A stretch of DNA of 63,979 bases, counting the filler, from Folioceros fuciformis (lineage: Eukaryota): NCBI GenBank assembly GCA_049999805.1. It is 4 parts of 2 records of this genome, joined end to end, with 100 filler letters (N's around TTAATTAATTAA, not from the genome) between each part and the next. Parts side by side here need not be neighbours in the genome. Positions count along the whole stretch, not along the records: positions 47,804 to 61,223 come from JBNGIO010006373.1; positions 61,324 to 63,979 come from JBNGIO010006391.1; 2 more parts are not named here. One strand, given 5' to 3'. Shown here piece by piece: positions 59,503-63,979 of this stretch. The notes under the pieces were generated by a model. The model was not told the DNA's origin. It did no database searches and was given only the letters and a program-made list of their open reading frames with translations. The position numbers and the translations under genes were made by a program. Every line of letters starts with the position of its first letter. Position 1 is the stretch's first letter.

Positions 59503-60552
59503 TCACTTGTTTCCTAGAGCACTTGCCAAGACAGTGATGGCTTGAGTCAAGCTCTGTAATAAAGTAATTTTTTGGCCTTCACTATTTTCTACGTTCCTTA
59601 TAAGGCTTTCTAAGAGCTGCACAGATAACATATGATTATCTACGTCTCCATCACTACGAGACCTTGACCGCTTCTTCACTTCCGTGTTTTGCCTACCTTG
59701 AGAAGTAGGTGTACTTGAATGCCTATCAACACCACTTGGCTCTTGTGGTTGTGAACAACATGAGGGATCAGGTGATGGGCCTCCATGGTCTTCCTCCTGT
59801 GAACCAGCACTTGTCTGTGAGTCGGAATGTGAATCCACATGGCTTCCTAGGAGACAAACCACATGAGCTCTTTCTCCTATGTACCTGTCTATAAGATCAA
59901 ACCAAAGACACTTATCAGACTTGGCATTCCCTGAAATATCATTTAGGGCCTTATCGTGCTTATAGTCATTGTAGATTGTTTTCCATTTTTGTCGGCATGC
60001 TTCTCCATTCTTGTCAAAGTCGGGACAAATGAAAGACAGCTTGATTACCATCTTATTCTATACGTCAATGCCTGTACAGTGCGAGGAGAACGGGTGAGAA
60101 GGAAGTACGATCAGAAATGAGAAGCACAATCACTGTAGGGTGATGAGGAACCATACCTTGTTTGGGAGTGTTGTCAAACTCCACTTGTAATCTTCCTCAA
60201 ACATGAATGAGGTTGACGACATAATGGTCCTTCCACAATTCCCCTCGCAAGCGCCCAGTTGTTGTTTGTGTGGTGGTGGCATTATCCAACTCCTTTGGCA
60301 CAAGCTTCCCACGTGGCTTCTTGGTAGTAGGTGGTGGTGGTGTAGCGGATGGCAAGCTTGCAATAGTGGAAGGAGGGGAGGTAGAGGAGAAGAGGAAAAG
60401 AGTGGTGGAGAAGAGAAAAATGATTGTTTTTTGTACGAGGGGAAAAAGGCATAGCTTGACCCAACTTGCGACGCAAAAGTGGGAGGAGAAACATCTATAA
60501 GTTGTGGTGCAAAAGGTGAAAAGGTAGCATCTCCTTGAGTGAGGTACGCCAT
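59503..60552 (-). pseudogene. Harbinger Myb/SANT protein
   Basis: WKDHYVVNLIH...ACRQKWKTIYNDYK...CLWFDLID, similar to the Myb gene at 20027. Confidence 0.8.
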
Positions 60553-61006
60553 GAAAGTCTCGTCAAAGTACGCGGTGCAGGAGAGCTCATAGCAACGAAT
60601 GATTGACCCCTACTCAACAAAGAATGAAATTTTGTGTCTTTTCCATCCTTATGTAAGGATATTTGAGCGGGCAAGATTCAAGTTGTGAGGCAACCATGGC
60701 AGGCAAACTTGAGCGAGCGCCAAGGTTTGAGTTTCGAACACGCTCGCACACATGCCATGGCGAGCGGGGGCACTTGCTATGAGTTTACAGCATCGTAATT
60801 TGAACAAGTAAATATGCCATGAGGCAACACATCATTGTACGTAAAAACTCAATCGGTGTGTGTCAGTTTCGACCGGCCTCATGAGGCCGGTCGAAACTGG
60901 CATAATTTCATGCGGTATTCTCGAGTGACCGAGCTCTTTGTGTGAAAGGTAGGAAATGATCTCGACCAATAAAAACGTCTGGATTTGTCCACCATCACCA
61001 TATGTG

Positions 61007-61201
61007 ATTTTTGATTAAATGAATATGCAGATTAAATCAACATGTTGATCAATTACATCTGAAATGTATATTAAAGAAAATTAATTAATAATTTCTAAAA
61101 GTGAGTTTTTTAAAATAAACTCAAAAGACACGTCTAATAGGCGTAACCCTAACCAAGCGTTGTGACCTTATTAATCTCACTTAAGCTAACCAAACGTGCC
61201 C
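61007..61201. mobile_element. Tourist-like MITE right end
   Basis: AT-rich segment ending ccaaacgtgccc followed by TAA. No matching left end seen. Confidence 0.4.
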
Positions 61202-61644
61202 TAAATATAATCAGCATATGTATNNNNNNNNNNNNNNNNNNNNNNNNNNNNNNNNNNNNNNNNNNNNTTAATTAATTAANNNNNNNNNNNNNNNNNNNNN
61301 NNNNNNNNNNNNNNNNNNNNNNNTACTTGCGCACCTCCTGCCAAAGAGGTCTGTGTCTCATCTGATGGATTTGCGCTCTCTAGTGGGCTGTTTGCAATTT
61401 CCTGCACATTCTCACTCGACAGGTTTGATCAGTGTGCACCCCTCAGATCTCTGAGACTCAGCCTACTGTAGAAAAGAATCTAGAGCGACAGACCGAGGTC
61501 AAGTTACACTGATATCCCAGTGTCTAATCACACACCAGGGCACTAGCGTAGCCAACCCGGTCCGTCGCTCACACAACGGTCAGTCCGTAGATTTGCACAA
61601 AGCATGTCAAAAATTCATACTCAAAATTCAGACTCTCTAAAACA

Positions 61645-62235
61645 ATGCCTCGCAATGGTCGCACAAAGCGCACGCTCACTCCACATAGGGAAACAGCATC
61701 TTCACTTCTCCCAGCGACGAGTTCCTGCAACAACTGTGGAAGGAGTGGACACCCGCGCCCATCTGTGAGCACATCTGCCTCTGCACCTGCCCAGACAGAG
61801 CTGGTATTGAAGGCTGTTCGGGGCCTGTTTGTTGAAGAACGCCGTCATACCCACGCAACTCTGTGCGATTTCCGTCGCATGCGCGAAGTGCAAGAAGAAC
61901 ACCTCCGCTGCAAGATTGACAACATCAATCGCAGGTGCAGACAACTCTCAAAGGACTTGAACACACTCTTCTCACAGGTCGCACACCTGGAGAGAGCGTC
62001 AAAACAACAAGACTCAAAGTCAGCACCAAGCCGAAATTTGCCAACTTACTCTCCGAATTCGTCAGAGAGAGTATCTGAAGGAAGAACTAAGGACGATATC
62101 ATTTCTGAAGTGGCTGCAGCGCTAACACGCATGTCACTCGAGGCCAAATCCGGGAAGATGGTGCTAGAGCATGTCGGCACCTTGGGATTCCAGCCCAGCG
62201 GGACGTCCTCCTCGCAGGATTCCTGCCAGATCTGA
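61645..62235 (+). CDS. Extra ORF upstream of Copia gag (coiled coil, CxxCxxxGH)
   Basis: Intact 196-aa ORF overlapping the start of the gag frame. Confidence 0.45.
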   Translation: MPRNGRTKRTLTPHRETASSLLPATSSCNNCGRSGHPRPSVSTSASAPAQTELVLKAVRGLFVEERRHTHATLCDFRRMREVQEEHLRCKIDNINRRCRQLSKDLNTLFSQVAHLERASKQQDSKSAPSRNLPTYSPNSSERVSEGRTKDDIISEVAAALTRMSLEAKSGKMVLEHVGTLGFQPSGTSSSQDSCQI

Positions 62236-63979
62236 AAGGACTTCTCCAGGGACGAGACCTGAAACATCAACTGCTGCCACCGGATCTGAAGAGACACGTG
62301 AATCGTCACCAGTTGAAGAGGCACTTGAAGCACCGTTTGCATTCTTTGCACCTGAAACATCGCTTGCATCTGTCCTTCCAGAAGACCCCTTTGGTGTCTC
62401 AGAACTAGAAGACTACACGGTCTCAGATCCTCCACCAAATCCTTCTCATACAGCAGACACATTGGCATCACCAGTAATTGCTCCTGAGCGGGATCATCAG
62501 CAGTCAGAGTCTCCCCCTAGTAGTCCGTCCCTGTCATATAAGTCTTCCTCCAGCAGTTCAGAGTCTTCGTTAGGATCCTTTGATAGTGCATCCTTGTTTT
62601 CCCTCAATAGATTATTTGACCTCAGTCAAACACAATTCGGTCAGCATACTGTCATGGGTACCAATCCTCCTACAAACGTCACTGTCAACAATTTCAAGTA
62701 TGACTTTAAAGATAGAGACAGGTTCAATGGTCAGCACTTTGACATCTGGATGATTAGAGTTCGTACCATTCTACAAGAGCAGGAACTTTGGGATTTTGTT
62801 ACTGGCGCAACTCCAAGGCCAGCAACACCTGCTGGAGGTGCAACTGCTGCAAGTCGAGCAGACCAGCATGCCTGGAAGCTCAAGGATCTTCGGGCACAAA
62901 ATGTGATCCAGTCAGCACTGGACTTAAGCATGATGTCTCATGCTCGAGAGGCCTCAAGTTCCAAGGCAATCTGGGACTCTCTCTGCCAAGTTCACCAAAA
63001 GAAAAGCGTGACATCACTGGTTCATGCTACACGTGACTTCTACAATTTAAGAATGCGTGATAATGACACAGTTGAGAATCATGTCAGCTGGTTTCGGATG
63101 CTACGCACCAAACTTATTACTGCTGGCACAACTGTGGATGAGCTCCAAGCAGCAGTGGCTCTCCTTATGTCGCTCCCAGAAAAGTACAACAGCTTTGTGA
63201 GTACACAAAATCAGCACATTACCACTGCCCAAGCAGCAGTGGCAGCAGGGACACAACCGACAATCACATTGTCAGACATCATTGGTGCTCTACTAAATGA
63301 GGAAGCCACTCACATTCGGGGTCGAGGCTCCTCCTCTCACAATCCGGCACGAGCCATGTTCATCTCCAGAGGACGAGGACGGCGTGCTCCAGGTGGACAA
63401 CGACCACCTTACAAGCCCAGCACTCCTCGTGCACCTTCATGGCCTGCTTCGAAATCAAGCACATCAAAGAAGGGTCCCTGCACTTGGTGCAGAATTCCTG
63501 GCCACACAGAGCCAGAATGCCGTAAGAAACAAAACGGCGAACCAAAACGAGAAGCTCCACCTTCAGCCCATGTATCCTCAAAGAAAAGCACAGGGGCCAT
63601 ACTTACTGTATGCATGGTTTCCTCGTCACAAGACATGCATGGTTGGTATCTAGATTCAGGTGCCACTACACATGTCTGTAATACACGTACAGCATTCACC
63701 ACCTTTACTCCTTCTCCTAAGGGACAGTTCGTCCTTCTAGGTGATGACAGTGGTCTATGCATTGAGGGCACGGGTACAGTGGTCCTCTCTCCCATACATG
63801 GACAGCCAATCACACTAGTAGACGTCATCTATGTTCCACAAATGGCAAAGAACTTAGTGTCTCTTAGACGTCTCTCACCTCCACTGCTTCGGCTTGAGAT
63901 GACAACAGAGGGCCTTGCTCTCCGAGAGGCACCTGCCCCAAATAAGCTGCTGGCTACCTGTACTCTTCACAATGAGCTG
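62171..63979 (+). mobile_element. Ty1/Copia gag-pol, open to window end
   Basis: Frame open from ATG 62171 (second ATG 62654) to the end: RFNGQHFDIW, LLMSLPEKY, CTWCRIPGHTEPEC, WYLDSGATTH, YVPQMAKNLVS. Absent from the ORF track because no stop occurs in the window. Confidence 0.92.

Larger units (their letters stand above)
57811..61006. mobile_element. PIF/Harbinger DNA transposon (element 2), degenerate
   Basis: Transposase (+) and Myb/SANT gene (-), convergent. Inverted ends tcacatatagggtgatgg (~57819) and ccatcaccatatgtga (60991-61006). The left end gcaccgtttcaca resembles the element 1 terminus. Confidence 0.88.

Overview
Eukaryotic, land-plant nuclear DNA. The PGxSWWTD-type PPR protein, short introns and GC-rich exons suggest a hornwort-like bryophyte (inference). 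The window is a scaffold with six N-gaps, three of them carrying an artificial TTAATTAATTAA linker. Host genes: an intronless calnexin-type lectin chaperone that ends in an acidic tail plus HDEL instead of a membrane anchor, a GLUTAMINE DUMPER-like gene, a long PLS-class PPR, a signal-peptide-peptidase-like gene, SUV2/ATRIP-like, DWF1-like sterol reductase, an SHR-like GRAS gene (partial), tRNA-Ser(AGA), RLF-like cytochrome b5 with a U12-type intron, and a C/D snoRNA. Mobile or decayed DNA: three NOG1 pseudogene pieces, three Copia elements, a LINE 3' end, two PIF/Harbinger elements, one hAT element and several minisatellites. The most striking signal is a decayed, intron-containing prokaryote-type beta-class N4C/N6A DNA methyltransferase gene (16164-17860, minus) that directly abuts a Sola-like DDD transposase fragment, a candidate transposon-borne amino-methyltransferase system in a plant. 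All family calls are by motif recognition; no database search was run.
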